Notes: a model not told the origin generated them from the sequence alone. A DNA stretch of 56,963 nucleotides from Betaproteobacteria bacterium (GCA_043783305.1 JAYVZN010000098.1:1-56963), one strand, 5' to 3'. Shown: positions 26,936 through 38,672, counted from the stretch's first letter. Made by a program: numbers and translations.

Positions 26936-28165
26936 ATGAAGCACAACAGACCACAGATGATTATTCTCGCAACGGGTATCGGCACAATCGCCTTGACCGG
27001 TTTGGCGGCATGGCTCATGGGTGCGCATTGGCAAGCCAGTGCGGGTGTTTATGCGATGTTCGCTCTAAGCCTTGCTGCGGTTATCGCCGTCGCTTATTTT
27101 CAGATCGTTAAAATACAAACCACATCGAACGATGAAGTGATTCACTCCCCGCCGGATATGAATGAGGTTAGACAGCAAGTAGATCATTTGCTGCATGGTT
27201 TAAAGCAAAGTTTTAATCTACAGCATACGCAGGCGAACGACGAATTAGAGCAGGTGCGCACAATAATTGCCGATGCCGGAGAAAAACTGGTGGCGAGCTT
27301 TACCAGCTTAGAATCGCATACGCGGGCGCAACAAGCGCTGGCCCTTAATTTGACCGGAGCACCGCAGGATAAAACGCCTTGCGAAGCGGTCGATTTTGAA
27401 GCATTCATCGCCGAGATTTCCAAAATGCTGATTGTCTTCGTCGAAACCACGATAGACACCAGTCGCGTCGGGATGGGGCTGGTGGGCATGATGGACGACA
27501 TCACCGCGCGCGTGAATACGATCATCGGCGTACTCAATGAAATTGAGTCCATCGCCAAACAAACTAACCTGCTGGCGCTCAATGCGGCCATCGAAGCCGC
27601 ACGCGCCGGTGAGGCGGGGCGCGGCTTTGCGGTAGTGGCGGATGAGGTGCGTGCCTTGTCGACGCGTTCCAGCCTGTTTTCCAGCCAAATACGCGAGTAC
27701 ATGGGGCAGATGCATCGCTCGGTGATTGAAGCCGAGCAGTCGATCAACGGCATGGCTTCGAAAGATATGCGCTTCGCACTCGATTCTAAATTACGTGTGG
27801 AAAGTATGTTGGGCAGTGTGCGCGCAATCAATCGGCAAATGGTCATGACGGTGGATCAACTCACCGACATCGCCAAGGAAGTGGAAAGCGAAGTGCGGGT
27901 AACGGTGACCTCGCTGCAATTTCAGGATTTAGCAACGCAATTGGTCACGCGCGTCGGGGATCGCATCGGCGCGATGTCCGGTGCCTTAAATGAAATCGAA
28001 CAGATTCAGATTCAGCACACGCCGACAGCCATTCAAGATTTACCGGCGTTAAGTCGATATTTAAAACAGTACGACACGGTTCTGGAGAAAGCGAATGCAG
28101 GGCCGATGGGTAAAGGTCCGGTCTCACAGCACCAAATGTCCGCGGGCGAAGTAGATTTGTTTTGA
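26936..28165 (+). CDS. Methyl-accepting chemotaxis protein with two closely spaced TM helices and no periplasmic sensor domain
   Basis: MCP signalling tip [37 protein letters not shown]. The first in-frame ATG is at 26936; the ORF-track start at 26831 is a TTG, so the start is uncertain. Confidence 0.75.
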   Translation: MKHNRPQMIILATGIGTIALTGLAAWLMGAHWQASAGVYAMFALSLAAVIAVAYFQIVKIQTTSNDEVIHSPPDMNEVRQQVDHLLHGLKQSFNLQHTQANDELEQVRTIIADAGEKLVASFTSLESHTRAQQALALNLTGAPQDKTPCEAVDFEAFIAEISKMLIVFVETTIDTSRVGMGLVGMMDDITARVNTIIGVLNEIESIAKQTNLLALNAAIEAARAGEAGRGFAVVADEVRALSTRSSLFSSQIREYMGQMHRSVIEAEQSINGMASKDMRFALDSKLRVESMLGSVRAINRQMVMTVDQLTDIAKEVESEVRVTVTSLQFQDLATQLVTRVGDRIGAMSGALNEIEQIQIQHTPTAIQDLPALSRYLKQYDTVLEKANAGPMGKGPVSQHQMSAGEVDLF

Positions 28166-28192
28166 ACAATGTAACGGATTAAGGAAGACATC

Positions 28193-28558
28193 ATGGCAAA
28201 GACGATTTTAGCAGTTGATGATTCAGCGTCCATTCGGCAGATGGTAGCCTTTACGCTCAAGGGCGCGGGCTACGAAGTGGTCGAAGCCGTGGACGGTGAG
28301 GATGGATTGAATAAAGCCAAAGCCAAGTCATTCAATTTGGTGTTGACCGATCAGAACATGCCGAAAATGGATGGCATCACCTTAATCAAATCTTTACGCA
28401 CCTTGGCGCAATACAAAGTCACGCCGATTTTGGTATTAACTACCGAAGCGGGCGATGCCATGAAAACCCAAGGGAAAGCGGCCGGCGCTACCGGTTGGTT
28501 GGTTAAACCGTTCGACCCGCAAAAGTTAATGGATGTCGTGAAAAAGGTGATCGGCTAA
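28193..28558 (+). CDS. cheY: Chemotaxis response regulator CheY
   Basis: 121-aa receiver with DD...D...T...K signature residues (LAVDDSASIRQ, LVLTDQNMPKMDG, LVLTTEA, KP). Confidence 0.9.
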   Translation: MAKTILAVDDSASIRQMVAFTLKGAGYEVVEAVDGEDGLNKAKAKSFNLVLTDQNMPKMDGITLIKSLRTLAQYKVTPILVLTTEAGDAMKTQGKAAGATGWLVKPFDPQKLMDVVKKVIG

Positions 28559-28605
28559 ACACCGCACACCCTCTTAAATTTTCGATTATTTTCAGCGAGC
28601 CCACC

Positions 28606-30720
28606 ATGACAGTCGATATGAGCCAGTTCTACGAAGTATTTTTTGAAGAAGCCGCAGAACATTTAGCTTCGATGGAAACCTTGTTGCTTAAATTGGATGT
28701 GAATGCACCCGATCCCGACGACTTGAATGCGATATTCCGTGCCGCGCATTCGATCAAAGGCGGGAGCGGTACTTTCGGTTTTACCGACATGACCGAAGTC
28801 ACCCATATTTTAGAAAATTTATTGGATCGACTGCGCAAAAATGAGCTTGTATTGACACAAGCCATGATCGACATCTTTCTGGTGGCGGGTGATGTCTTGA
28901 AAAGTCAGCTTGATTTCCATCGCGGCGGTGCCGCCGTGGATGCGGTCGTTGTGGCGGAAATCTGCGCTACCCTGGCGCAATTGACCAACAACGAGAATGC
29001 ACCTGCGGTAGCGGCCGCTCCGGCAGCCGTCAATTCTGGGGCGCACGCGGCTAAAAATCTTAATCCGCCTAAAACACGCTTTCACCTCGCCTTCAAACGG
29101 GTTGCCAAAGCCAAATTGGAAAATCTATTACCGGTACTCGCGCTGCAGGGCGATTTAAGCGCCCCGCAGGAGGCCGCGGACAGCGCGCTGCAATCGTTTA
29201 CCTTCGACACTGTGCTGGGCGAGTCCGAGTTATGGGAGATGCTCGAGTTTGTGGTGAGCCGCAAACAGGTCAGTATCAAAGTCGGCGAAATCATTGCAGC
29301 TTCCAGTGAGTCAGCCGAGCCGGAAGACGAAGGCTTTGGACTTTTTCTACCGGAAGAAGAATTACACGCGCAGCTTGAAGCCGAGCAAGGTTTTGGTTTG
29401 TTTGAAGGCGCACCCGGCTCGGAGCCGATGCGCAATCCCGGTCGTCGCGAGGGCGATCAAAGTGAGTCCGTGGCGGTGCCGGGGCGGCGCGATAACGACC
29501 GCGTGGCGGTTGCTGCCAGTGCCGAAGCGTCCTCGATCCGCGTCGGTGTCGATAAAGTCGATAACTTAATTAATCTGGTCGGCGAGCTGGTCATCAGCCA
29601 AGCCATGCTGGCGCAGACCGCGTCGCGTGTCGACCCGGTGCTCTTCGAAAGTTTGATGACGAGTGTCGCGCAACTCGAACGCAATACACGCGACTTGCAA
29701 GAGTCGGTCATGTCGATCCGCATGCTGCCGATCAGTTTTGTGTTCAATCGTTTTCCACGCGTGGTGCGTGATGTTGCCACCAAGCTGGGTAAGCAGGTGG
29801 AGCTGGTTACGATCGGCGAAGGCACGGAGTTGGACAAAGGTTTGATCGAAAAAATCGCCGATCCGCTCACGCACTTGGTGCGCAACAGCCTGGATCACGG
29901 CATCGAATCGCCGGAAAAACGCAGCGCCGCCGGTAAAAATCCCAAAGGCACACTGACCCTGCGCGCCTCACATCAGGGCGGCAGCATTGTGATCGAAGTA
30001 TCGGATGATGGTGCGGGTTTGAGCCGCGAAAGAATTCTAGCCAAGGCGCAAGAGCGCGGGCTGCCGTCGCACGAAGGCATGTCCGATCACGAAGTATGGC
30101 AAATGATTTTTGCGCCGGGATTTTCTACCGCTGAGGTGGTAACCGATGTTTCCGGTCGCGGTGTCGGCATGGATGTGGTGAAACGCAACATCGAAGGCAT
30201 GGGCGGTCGTGTGGAGCTGGCTTCCACACCCGGTGCCGGTGCTAAAGTCACCATTCGTCTGCCGCTTACGCTGGCAATCCTGGACGGCATGTCGATCGCG
30301 GTCGGCAATGAAGTATTTATTATCCCGCTCACCTATATTGTGGAATCGCTGCAACCCACCGTTGAGGATATCAAAACCATTTCCAGCAGCGGCCAAGTAG
30401 TACAGGTGCGCGGTGAATATCTGCCGCTGGTGCCGCTGCACTCGGTATTTAAAATCGAAGCGAAAGCACACGAACCGCACCAAGGCATTATCGTCATTAT
30501 CGAATCCGACGATGGAAAAATCGCTTTACTGGTCGATGCTTTGGTGGGCCAGCACCAGGTGGTGATTAAGAGTCTCGAAGGCAACTACCGCAAGGTAGCG
30601 GCGGTGTCTGGGGCAACCATCATGGGAGATGGCAGGGTGGCGCTGATTTTAGATGTGGTGGCGCTGGTTAGGGGTAATCAACGTGTAGGTCAGAGTCTGG
30701 AATTGGGCGTCGCGGCTTAG
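28606..30720 (+). CDS. cheA: Chemotaxis histidine kinase CheA
   Basis: P1 Hpt ([13 protein letters not shown]), P3/P4 ([33 protein letters not shown]) and a C-terminal CheW-like P5 domain. Confidence 0.9.
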   Translation: MTVDMSQFYEVFFEEAAEHLASMETLLLKLDVNAPDPDDLNAIFRAAHSIKGGSGTFGFTDMTEVTHILENLLDRLRKNELVLTQAMIDIFLVAGDVLKSQLDFHRGGAAVDAVVVAEICATLAQLTNNENAPAVAAAPAAVNSGAHAAKNLNPPKTRFHLAFKRVAKAKLENLLPVLALQGDLSAPQEAADSALQSFTFDTVLGESELWEMLEFVVSRKQVSIKVGEIIAASSESAEPEDEGFGLFLPEEELHAQLEAEQGFGLFEGAPGSEPMRNPGRREGDQSESVAVPGRRDNDRVAVAASAEASSIRVGVDKVDNLINLVGELVISQAMLAQTASRVDPVLFESLMTSVAQLERNTRDLQESVMSIRMLPISFVFNRFPRVVRDVATKLGKQVELVTIGEGTELDKGLIEKIADPLTHLVRNSLDHGIESPEKRSAAGKNPKGTLTLRASHQGGSIVIEVSDDGAGLSRERILAKAQERGLPSHEGMSDHEVWQMIFAPGFSTAEVVTDVSGRGVGMDVVKRNIEGMGGRVELASTPGAGAKVTIRLPLTLAILDGMSIAVGNEVFIIPLTYIVESLQPTVEDIKTISSSGQVVQVRGEYLPLVPLHSVFKIEAKAHEPHQGIIVIIESDDGKIALLVDALVGQHQVVIKSLEGNYRKVAAVSGATIMGDGRVALILDVVALVRGNQRVGQSLELGVAA

Positions 30721-30754
30721 GCCGCACGACGCACGTCACATAGGAGATACGCAA

Positions 30755-31267
30755 ATGTTACAGGCAACGCAAGCAGGACAAGACAATGGAATGACGGGCA
30801 CACCGGCTGTCGGCAATGAATTTCTTACCTTTACCTTGGGCCATGAAGAGTACGGCATCGACATACTTAAGGTACAGGAAATTCGCGGCTACGACGCGGT
30901 GACGCACATTGCCAACGCTCCCGAGTTTATTAAAGGCGTGATTAATCTGCGCGGCATCATCGTGCCGATTGTCGATATGCGCATTAAATTCAATCTTGGA
31001 AATGTGGAGTACAACCAATTCACCGTCGTCATCATCCTCAATATTGCGAAGCGCGTGGTGGGCATGGTGGTGGATGGTGTGTCGGACGTGACCACGCTCA
31101 AACCGGAACAGATCAAACCGGCGCCGGAATTCGGCACAGGTTTAGACACGCAATATCTGCTGGGCTTGGGCACGGTCGACGAGCGCATGTTGATCTTAGT
31201 GGATATCGAGCGGTTGATGGGTAGCCGCGATATGGAATTGATCGAAACAACCCAACTGGCGGCTTAG
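30755..31267 (+). CDS. cheW: Chemotaxis coupling protein CheW
   Basis: 170 aa CheW domain ([26 protein letters not shown]). Confidence 0.9.
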   Translation: MLQATQAGQDNGMTGTPAVGNEFLTFTLGHEEYGIDILKVQEIRGYDAVTHIANAPEFIKGVINLRGIIVPIVDMRIKFNLGNVEYNQFTVVIILNIAKRVVGMVVDGVSDVTTLKPEQIKPAPEFGTGLDTQYLLGLGTVDERMLILVDIERLMGSRDMELIETTQLAA

Positions 31268-31318
31268 TGTTAATCATCCGTTTTTGAATTGAATTATTTT
31301 TTGTAAGGAGAAAGAATC

Positions 31319-33046
31319 ATGTCTTTAGCAAATTTGAAAGTCGGTGTGCGCCTGGGGCTGGGCTTCGGCGTAGTGCTGCTGTTGTTGACCGTTATCGCGG
31401 CTATCGGCGTTAGTCGCTTGGCGAACATGGATCAAGGGATGAGTTTAATGCTCAATGATCGTTATCCGAAGATCGTGACCGCAAACGAAACAGTGCATCA
31501 GTTGAACCGCATAGCGCGCTCCATGCGCAATGTACTGATTATGGAAAAAGCCGAGGACATTAAAAAAGAACTGGGGCGTATTGCCGAGGCTAGAGACATC
31601 ATCCAGAAAAACCTGGATAAGCTGGAGAAAACCATTGCCTCCGAGAAAGGTAAGGAAATGCTGAAAGGTGTCCAGGATATGCGCGCTAAATACATTGTGC
31701 TGCAGGAGAAATTTATGCAGCTCGCCACCAACGAAAAGACAAAAGAAGCCCGCGAATTGCTATTGGGCGAGCTACGCCCGGCACAATTGGCTTATTTCGG
31801 TAGTTTGGAAAAACTAATCGAATACCAAGGAAGCCTCATGGACGATGCCGGCAAGCTAGCAAGCGAAAACTACCAGTCGGCACGCAACATGGTGGTCGGA
31901 TTGGCCGTTGCCGCGTTGATATTGGGAATGGGCATCGCCTGGTTCATCACGCGCTCCATTACACGTCCATTGAACGAAGCGGTAGACGTAGCGCAGAAAG
32001 TGGCGGCGGGCGACCTTACGAGCACCATTGAAGTTAAATCCAAAGACGAAACCGGGCAACTACTGCAGGCCTTAAAAGACATGAACGAAAGCTTATCGAA
32101 CATCGTCGGCGATGTGCGCGGTTCTACCGATTCCATCACCACAGCCGCCAAGGAAATTGCAGCGGGTAACAGTGATTTATCGCAGCGCACCGAAGAGCAG
32201 GCATCCAGCTTGGAGGAAACCGCTTCCAGCATGGAAGAGCTGACCTCGACCGTAAAGCAAAATGCCGAGAATGCCAAACAAGCCAACCAATTAGCCGCCA
32301 GCGCATCGGATGTTGCGGTGAAGGGTGGGCAGGTGGTGGGCGAAGTCGTGCAAACGATGGCCTCGATCAGCGACAGCTCGAAAAAGATTGTGGACATCAT
32401 CAGCGTTATCGAGGGCATCGCGTTCCAGACCAATATTCTGGCCTTGAATGCAGCGGTAGAAGCCGCGCGTGCCGGTGAGCAGGGCCGCGGTTTCGCGGTG
32501 GTAGCCGGTGAAGTGCGCAACCTAGCACAACGCTCAGCAGCAGCGGCGAAAGAAATTAAAACGCTGATCGGCGATTCTGTGGATAAAGTCGATACCGGCG
32601 CCAAGTTGGTGGATCAAGCGGGAACGACCATGCAGGAGATCGTCGGTGCGGTGAAACGCGTGACGGACATCATGTCGGAAATCTCTGCGGCCTCGACCGA
32701 ACAGAGTGCAGGCATCGAGCAGGTGAATCAGGCGATCACGCAGATGGACGAAGTCACCCAGCAGAATGCAGCCTTGGTGGAAGAAGCTGCGGCTGCCGCT
32801 GAATCGATGGAAGAGCAAGCACGCAGCTTGTTGGATGCAGTGGGTATCTTTAAGTTGGAAGCGGCGGGTGGGCGCATGCGGGCGGGTGGTGCAAAGTCCG
32901 TGACCAGTGTTGCACATACGGCACCTGTGCATGCGACGACCAGCGCCAGTAAGTCCGCCAAGACGACAAAACCCGTTAAAACAGCAAAATCCGCCCAGGC
33001 CAGCAAATCGGCGGAAGATGCCGACGGTGATTGGGCGGAATTTTAA
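31319..33046 (+). CDS. Methyl-accepting chemotaxis protein with 4HB_MCP periplasmic domain, HAMP, and C-terminal xWxxF pentapeptide
   Basis: Two TM flank a four-helix-bundle ligand-binding region, followed by HAMP. The MCP signalling tip is [34 protein letters not shown]. The protein ends ...DGDWAEF (compare NWETF in Tar/Tsr). Confidence 0.9.
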   Translation: MSLANLKVGVRLGLGFGVVLLLLTVIAAIGVSRLANMDQGMSLMLNDRYPKIVTANETVHQLNRIARSMRNVLIMEKAEDIKKELGRIAEARDIIQKNLDKLEKTIASEKGKEMLKGVQDMRAKYIVLQEKFMQLATNEKTKEARELLLGELRPAQLAYFGSLEKLIEYQGSLMDDAGKLASENYQSARNMVVGLAVAALILGMGIAWFITRSITRPLNEAVDVAQKVAAGDLTSTIEVKSKDETGQLLQALKDMNESLSNIVGDVRGSTDSITTAAKEIAAGNSDLSQRTEEQASSLEETASSMEELTSTVKQNAENAKQANQLAASASDVAVKGGQVVGEVVQTMASISDSSKKIVDIISVIEGIAFQTNILALNAAVEAARAGEQGRGFAVVAGEVRNLAQRSAAAAKEIKTLIGDSVDKVDTGAKLVDQAGTTMQEIVGAVKRVTDIMSEISAASTEQSAGIEQVNQAITQMDEVTQQNAALVEEAAAAAESMEEQARSLLDAVGIFKLEAAGGRMRAGGAKSVTSVAHTAPVHATTSASKSAKTTKPVKTAKSAQASKSAEDADGDWAEF

Positions 33047-33261
33047 ACAACGGCCTCACTTGAAAGCAGCAGGGACGCATTGAGTTTTTCCATGACTAGC
33101 GGCGGTGGCAGCAGCGTTAAAGGCCACCGTCGCGAGTGGGATGACCCACGTGGATTGACTGAGTATCGCTGTCCCAACCAATGCATCGGCGCGGAGTTAG
33201 CGCATGGTTTTAAAACAGCCTGATTTTTGATCTATCCAAGCGTTGGTAATCGGAGAGCAAC

Positions 33262-34128
33262 ATGGCACTAGCAGAAAAGAAAGCGCGCGATGGCCGCGAA
33301 TTTATTTTTACCACGCAGGATTTTGAGCGCGTTAGAAAGCTGATTTACGACCACGCCGGTATCGCGCTGTCGCCGCAAAAAGAAGACATGGTCTACAGCC
33401 GCTTAGCACGCCGCTTGCGGGTGGTAGGGCTGACCAATTTCGACGACTATTTGGCGCTGCTGGAACGGGGCGATGAGGGTGAGTGGGAAGCATTTGTTAA
33501 CTCGCTCACCACCAATCTCACTTCTTTTTTTCGCGAAGAGCACCACTTCCCCCTGCTGCAGGAATACTTGCGGCCGCGCATGAAAAATACCCACCTGGCG
33601 ATCTGGTGTTCGGCCGCTTCCACGGGCGAGGAACCCTACACGCTGGCGATCACGGTGGCCGAGTTATTCGGGCGTATTCCCAGCAACGTTAAAATTCTCG
33701 CCTCCGACCTCGATACGCAGGTGCTGGATAAAGCGCGCCTGGGGGTGTATCCACTGGAACGTGTGGAAAAAATGCCGGAAAAATTACTGCAAAAGTATTT
33801 TCTGCGCGGCAGTGGTGCGCAAGAAGGGCAGGTGCGTGTGCGCCCGGAATTACAGGCGATGCTGACGTTTAGGCAGGTGAATTTGCTCGATGCCAGTTGG
33901 CCGATGCGCGGTCCGTTCGATGTTATTTTTTGCCGCAATGTCATGATTTATTTCGACAAGGAAACTCAGCACGCCATTCTGGATAAATTTGTCCCGCTCA
34001 TGGCGCCCGATGGTTTGTTATTTGCGGGCCATTCTGAGAGCTTTCAACAAGCGGCGGCGTTGTTTAAATTGCGCAATCGAACCGTTTATGAATTGACTGA
34101 GCAAGCCAAGCTGCGAGCCTGTAAATAA
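33262..34128 (+). CDS. cheR: Chemotaxis protein methyltransferase CheR
   Basis: CheR N-terminal domain and SAM-MTase motifs ([30 protein letters not shown]). Confidence 0.9.
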   Translation: MALAEKKARDGREFIFTTQDFERVRKLIYDHAGIALSPQKEDMVYSRLARRLRVVGLTNFDDYLALLERGDEGEWEAFVNSLTTNLTSFFREEHHFPLLQEYLRPRMKNTHLAIWCSAASTGEEPYTLAITVAELFGRIPSNVKILASDLDTQVLDKARLGVYPLERVEKMPEKLLQKYFLRGSGAQEGQVRVRPELQAMLTFRQVNLLDASWPMRGPFDVIFCRNVMIYFDKETQHAILDKFVPLMAPDGLLFAGHSESFQQAAALFKLRNRTVYELTEQAKLRACK

Positions 34129-34724
34129 TGCCGAATCAGACTCAAGGGCTGTACTTCGACCGCCAATTCGACACGCAGGCGGCGAAAATTTTGCCCGGAG
34201 AATACTATGCATCCACCAAGGATGTGATGATTGTTACGGTGCTGGGATCTTGTGTTTCAGCCTGCATTCGCGACCGCGAGCTGGGCATCGGCGGCATGAA
34301 TCATTTTATGTTGCCGCACAGCGATGCGGAGCCCGGTAACCCGCTGAGCACCTCGGCGCGATATGGCACCTATGCGATGGAAATGTTGATTAACGACGTA
34401 CTCAAGCTCGGCGCGCGCCGTGAATTTTTAGAAGCTAAAATATTCGGCGGCGGCAATGTGATGACGGGATTCACGGTCAATCTAGTGGGCACACGCAATG
34501 CGGAGTTTGCGCTAAGCTATCTTAAAACTGAAAATATTCGGATTACCGCCAAAGATTTACTGGATATTTATCCGCGCAAAGTCTACTTTTTCCCGCACTC
34601 CGGGCGCGTGTTAATCAAAAAATTACGCAGCTTGAACAACAGCACAATTATCGAGCGCGAGATGGCCTATGTGTCAAACATAAACGTGGGTTCGAGCGCG
34701 GGTGATGTGGAATTGTTTTCTTAG
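34128..34724 (+). CDS. cheD: Chemoreceptor glutamine deamidase CheD
   Basis: CheD signature ([16 protein letters not shown] ... GGMNHFMLP). Its ATG overlaps the cheR stop. Confidence 0.85.
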   Translation: MPNQTQGLYFDRQFDTQAAKILPGEYYASTKDVMIVTVLGSCVSACIRDRELGIGGMNHFMLPHSDAEPGNPLSTSARYGTYAMEMLINDVLKLGARREFLEAKIFGGGNVMTGFTVNLVGTRNAEFALSYLKTENIRITAKDLLDIYPRKVYFFPHSGRVLIKKLRSLNNSTIIEREMAYVSNINVGSSAGDVELFS

Positions 34725-34739
34725 ACTTAGGGAATTATC

Positions 34740-35816
34740 ATGCCAATCAAAGTAGTGATCGTCGACGATTCAGCGCTGATCCGCAGCGTACTCAAAAAAA
34801 TTCTTGAGCAGGTTCCCGATATCCGTGTCGTAGGTGTTGCTTCCGACCCCATCGTCGCGCGTGAAGTTATTCGCGCCAACAATCCCGATGTGATTACACT
34901 CGATGTGGAAATGCCGAAAATGGATGGCTTGGAATTTTTAGAGAAACTCATGCGCTTGCGCCCAATGCCGGTGGTGATGATTTCTTCGCTGACTGAACGC
35001 AGCTCCGAAATTACATTGCGCGCACTCGAGTTAGGCGCGGTGGATTTTGTAACCAAACCGAAGCTGGATATTGCCGCTGGCATGCAGGCGTATTCGGAAT
35101 TAATTATCGAAAAAATACGGGCGGCTGCACAGGCCAAACCCAAGCAGTTTGCCGCGCAGCCCGTAACCGCGCGTTTGACGGCGGATGCGGTGCTGCCCGC
35201 CTTAGCGAATCGTGTCACTTCGACCGAAAAATTAATTATCATCGGCGCTTCCACAGGCGGCACCGAGGCCATTAAAGAAGTTTTGATCCGAATGCCCGCC
35301 GATTGTCCGGGTATTTTGGTTACACAGCACATGCCGGAGTCGTTCACCCGTTCCTTTGCGAACCGGTTGGACAGCTTGTGCAAAATTTCGGTTAAAGAAG
35401 CCGAAAACGGCGACCGAATTTTGCCGGGGCACGCCTATATCGCCCCCGGTCATTCGCATCTGCTGCTTAAGCGTAGCGGCGCAAATTATATTTGTGAATT
35501 AAGCGATGGCCCACCGGTGAATCGCCACCGGCCTTCGGTGGATGTGTTGTTTCGCTCCGCCGCGAACTGCGCTGGAAAAAATGCGATCGGAGTCATCTTG
35601 ACGGGGATGGGCAAAGACGGCGCGGCGGGCATGTTGGAAATGAAGCAAGCGGGCTCGCACACGATTTCCCAGAATGAGGAAACTTGTGTCGTCTACGGCA
35701 TGCCGAAGGAAGCGGTGGCCGCCGGCGGTGTTGAGGAAGTTGCCGCGCTCAATGATATTGCACAGCGTATCATGGCGCATCTTTCAACCTTGGGCGCACG
35801 CGCAATTCGGGTGTAG
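34740..35816 (+). CDS. cheB: Chemotaxis methylesterase/deamidase CheB (receiver + CheB domain)
   Basis: Receiver ([23 protein letters not shown]) and esterase domain ([23 protein letters not shown] catalytic His). Confidence 0.9.
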   Translation: MPIKVVIVDDSALIRSVLKKILEQVPDIRVVGVASDPIVAREVIRANNPDVITLDVEMPKMDGLEFLEKLMRLRPMPVVMISSLTERSSEITLRALELGAVDFVTKPKLDIAAGMQAYSELIIEKIRAAAQAKPKQFAAQPVTARLTADAVLPALANRVTSTEKLIIIGASTGGTEAIKEVLIRMPADCPGILVTQHMPESFTRSFANRLDSLCKISVKEAENGDRILPGHAYIAPGHSHLLLKRSGANYICELSDGPPVNRHRPSVDVLFRSAANCAGKNAIGVILTGMGKDGAAGMLEMKQAGSHTISQNEETCVVYGMPKEAVAAGGVEEVAALNDIAQRIMAHLSTLGARAIRV

Positions 35817-35865
35817 GTTTTTTAAATCAAGGCGTGCGGATAAAGAAGAAATTTTTACGGGCATC

Positions 35866-36011
35866 AAAAAAACGGCGATTGGTCCACGAAAAGCACGAAA
35901 AGCACGAACAATTCAAAGTGATGCAAAGCTGTAGATCGTTATCCAATGGATCTATTGGCCGTGCCTATGCAAGTCGTTGGTTCATTTCGTGGACTGGCTG
36001 CTTTTTCTAAG
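35866..36011. repeat. MITE-like intergenic repeat, copy A (CACGAAAAG tandem units plus GTCCAC...GTGGAC terminal inverted repeats)
   Basis: GTCCACGAAAAGCACGAAAAGCACGAA at the left end and CATTTCGTGGACTGGCTGCTTTTTCTAAG at the right end. The right end and interior (CCAATGG, GATCTA) are shared with copy C at 54441-54593. Confidence 0.5.
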
Positions 36012-36213
36012 TTGGTAGAAAGGGAGCTTATAGGCTTGTATGGGCAGTATGGTACTATAAATAAACAGCTTAATTCATAGCTTTTCGATTGGATTGCCCC
36101 GGGTACTACGCGCGCTGCACCTCCCTAGTTATAAAGACCATCGCTAATGTAATATGCCACTTTATCCAGATAAAAAATTGTACCGATAAAAGTTACAATC
36201 CAAGGAAACAAGA

Positions 36214-38295
36214 ATGAATTTTTTAACAAGCGTTTGGGTGTCGGTAATCCCTTATTGGTGGATTCTTGTATTACTGTTGGCGATAGTTTTTTGGAAACAA
36301 GCATTGTGGTTTTTGGGAGTGATTATTGTCCCGGATAACATGATCGGCCTTATCACAAAAAAATTCGTCTTGTGGGGCGCGCACAAAGATCTTCCACCGG
36401 GAAAAATTGTCGCCCTCAACGGTGAGGCCGGTGACCAAGTAGATGCCTTGGCCTCGGGCGTACATTATGCTCTTTGGCCCTGGCAATACACGGTCAGGAA
36501 CGAGGCTTTGACCATTATCCCGGAAGATTTCATTGGCGTGGTTGAGTCGCGCGACGGCGCGCCGCTTAGCAACGGTAATATTATCGGCATGCACGTTAAT
36601 TGCGACACATTCCAGGATGCGCGCGCTTTTCTGGTTGGCGGAGGGCAGCGTGGCCCGCAAGGTATGGTCATCCCTGAAGGCTCGTACCGGATTAACAAAT
36701 TGTTGTTTAATGTCACGCTGGAAAAAATTACGATGATTGAAAAAAACCAGATCGGCATTGTGGAAGCTTATGGCGGCACGCCGATTCCTAATGGTCGCGT
36801 ACTGGCAAAACACGTAAATTCCAATACGTTCCAGGATGCACATGCTTTTCTCATGGAGGGTGGTGAGCGCGGGCCGCAAATTTCGATTATTCCCAATGGT
36901 CAGTACCGAATTAACCCACGCTTGTTTTCTGTTAAAGCGGTGGATGTTGTCGACATCCCGGACAATATGGTGGGTGTTGTAACGACCAAAGAAGGCGCGC
37001 CGCTGGACACCGGCGAAATTGCCGGTAAAGAAGTTACAGGGCACAACATGTATCAAAACGGCCAAGCCTTTTTAGATGCGGGTGGTTTTAAAGGGCTACA
37101 GGAACAAATTATTCTTTCAGGGCGGTATTTTATTAACCCGATGTTTGCCACGGTGGAAATGGTGGAAATGACGAAGGTGCCGATTGCGAATGCCGGAGTC
37201 GTGATCGCTTATGTCGGCGCAGAGGGCCAAGATGTCACGGGCGATAGTTTTAAGCATGGCAATCTGGTCAAAAAAGGTCAAAAAGGTGTTTGGGTCGAGC
37301 CGCTGGATCCCGGAAAATATCCGATTAATCCGTACACGCATAAAGTGGAATGTGTGCCCACGGCCAACGTGGTACTGAACTGGGCCACCGGGAAAACTGA
37401 AGCGCATAATCTGGATAAAAATTTATCGACCATTACAGTGCGCAGCTCCGATGGTTTTACTTTTAATTTGGATGTTTCCCAGATTATTCACATTCCGCGT
37501 ACTGACGCACCGAAGGTCATTGCCCGCTTCGGCAATGTCGCCAATCTAGTAACGCAAGTATTGGAACCGACGATTGGTAATTATTTTCGTAATACGGCGC
37601 AAGGGTCCGATGTTATCGATTTTTTAAAAGGCCGTGCACAGCGCCAAGTCGACGCAAAAAATCGAATTTCGGAAGCGCTTCAAGAGTACAACGTAGTGGC
37701 CGTGGATACTTTAATCGGTGACATTACGCCACCGGAAGCGCTCATGAAAACGCTGACCGACCGCAAAATTGCGGAGCAAGAGCAAGTCACTTTTAAAACG
37801 CAACAACTGGCGCAGGTTGCCCGAAAGGAACTGGCGCAAGCACAAGCCATTGCGGACACACAATCGCAAGTCGTGGCTGCCGAGCGTGAAGTGGAAATTG
37901 CTGAATTTACCGCAAACGCAATGGTGAAAAAAGCGACCGGCGATAAAAATTCCAGGGTGCTCAATGCCGAAGGTGATGCTAAAGCCAAAATTGTAAATGC
38001 GGAAGCCGATGCCAATGTCTTTTCGGTTGTGGGAAAGGCAAAAGCCGAAAACACACTCGCGGTGGGCACAGCCGAAGCAGAAGTCATCCAGAAAAAAACC
38101 ACGGCAGTCGGTCAAAGTAATTACGCGCTCATTGAGATTGGCCGCGCACTCGCGGAAGCCAAAATCCCATTGGTACCTCAAATCGTGGTGGGGGACGGGG
38201 GTAACAATGGTGGGAATTCGCTGGTCAACGTTCTCCTCGCAAATCTGGTGGCGAAGAATATGGATGCGATGCCGATCAATGGTGAAAAGAAATAA
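36214..38295 (+). CDS. Flotillin-like SPFH/band-7 family membrane protein (YqiK-like) with four N-terminal about 70-aa internal repeats
   Basis: N-terminal TM (WVSVIPYWWILVLLLAIVFW). Four tandem repeats share the pattern (I/V)G(V/I)V...G.P...G......V....FQDA.AFL..GG.RGPQ...IP.G.YRIN. The C-terminal half is an Ala/Glu/Lys-rich coiled-coil flotillin tail (EQEQVTFKTQQLAQVARKELAQAQAIAD...). Confidence 0.65.
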   Translation: MNFLTSVWVSVIPYWWILVLLLAIVFWKQALWFLGVIIVPDNMIGLITKKFVLWGAHKDLPPGKIVALNGEAGDQVDALASGVHYALWPWQYTVRNEALTIIPEDFIGVVESRDGAPLSNGNIIGMHVNCDTFQDARAFLVGGGQRGPQGMVIPEGSYRINKLLFNVTLEKITMIEKNQIGIVEAYGGTPIPNGRVLAKHVNSNTFQDAHAFLMEGGERGPQISIIPNGQYRINPRLFSVKAVDVVDIPDNMVGVVTTKEGAPLDTGEIAGKEVTGHNMYQNGQAFLDAGGFKGLQEQIILSGRYFINPMFATVEMVEMTKVPIANAGVVIAYVGAEGQDVTGDSFKHGNLVKKGQKGVWVEPLDPGKYPINPYTHKVECVPTANVVLNWATGKTEAHNLDKNLSTITVRSSDGFTFNLDVSQIIHIPRTDAPKVIARFGNVANLVTQVLEPTIGNYFRNTAQGSDVIDFLKGRAQRQVDAKNRISEALQEYNVVAVDTLIGDITPPEALMKTLTDRKIAEQEQVTFKTQQLAQVARKELAQAQAIADTQSQVVAAEREVEIAEFTANAMVKKATGDKNSRVLNAEGDAKAKIVNAEADANVFSVVGKAKAENTLAVGTAEAEVIQKKTTAVGQSNYALIEIGRALAEAKIPLVPQIVVGDGGNNGGNSLVNVLLANLVAKNMDAMPINGEKK

Positions 38296-38342
38296 TTTTT
38301 GGGCGCGCCGCGCTTAGTTTTACCGACCCACGGTTACTCAAG

Positions 38343-38672
38343 GTGCTGAATATGAAAATAGACATCGACAAACTGACGGAAGCTGAACTCATTGACCTCA
38401 ATAATCGTATCGTTGAGCGTTTGAAGTTTTTGCAACAGATGCGCGCACATGCCGCGATGCTCGATTACAGCATCGGCGAGCGGGTGTCGTTTCAGCCCAG
38501 CGGGCATCCGGTGCTGACGGGAATTATTTCAAAGTACAATAAAAAAACCGTGACTGTTGTTACGTCGAATGGGCAGCAGTGGAATGTGGCTCCGGTATTC
38601 TTATCGAAAGTGCACGTATCCCCAGGCATGGAGTTTGAGCAAGGAAATGTGATCAGCTTGCATAGGAAGTAG
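38343..38672 (+). CDS. Hypothetical cytoplasmic protein downstream of flotillin gene
   Basis: 109-aa ORF, 48 nt after the flotillin stop. No recognisable motif. The alternative start is MKIDID at 38352. Confidence 0.3.
   Translation: MLNMKIDIDKLTEAELIDLNNRIVERLKFLQQMRAHAAMLDYSIGERVSFQPSGHPVLTGIISKYNKKTVTVVTSNGQQWNVAPVFLSKVHVSPGMEFEQGNVISLHRK

Noticed and set aside
27184-27846. 220-aa minus-strand ORF
   Set aside because: It is antisense within an MCP gene. MCP coiled-coil regions commonly give long antisense ORFs.
31870-32604. 244-aa minus-strand ORF
   Set aside because: It is antisense within the 4HB MCP gene with an Ala/Ser-rich low-complexity translation.
34727-35383. 218-aa minus-strand ORF
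   Set aside because: It is antisense to cheB, which has unambiguous receiver and CheB motifs on the plus strand.
36271-37065. 264-aa minus-strand ORF
   Set aside because: It is antisense to the flotillin-like gene. The internal DNA repeats of that gene also ruled out a CRISPR-like array: the repeats are about 210 bp, in-frame and protein-coding.
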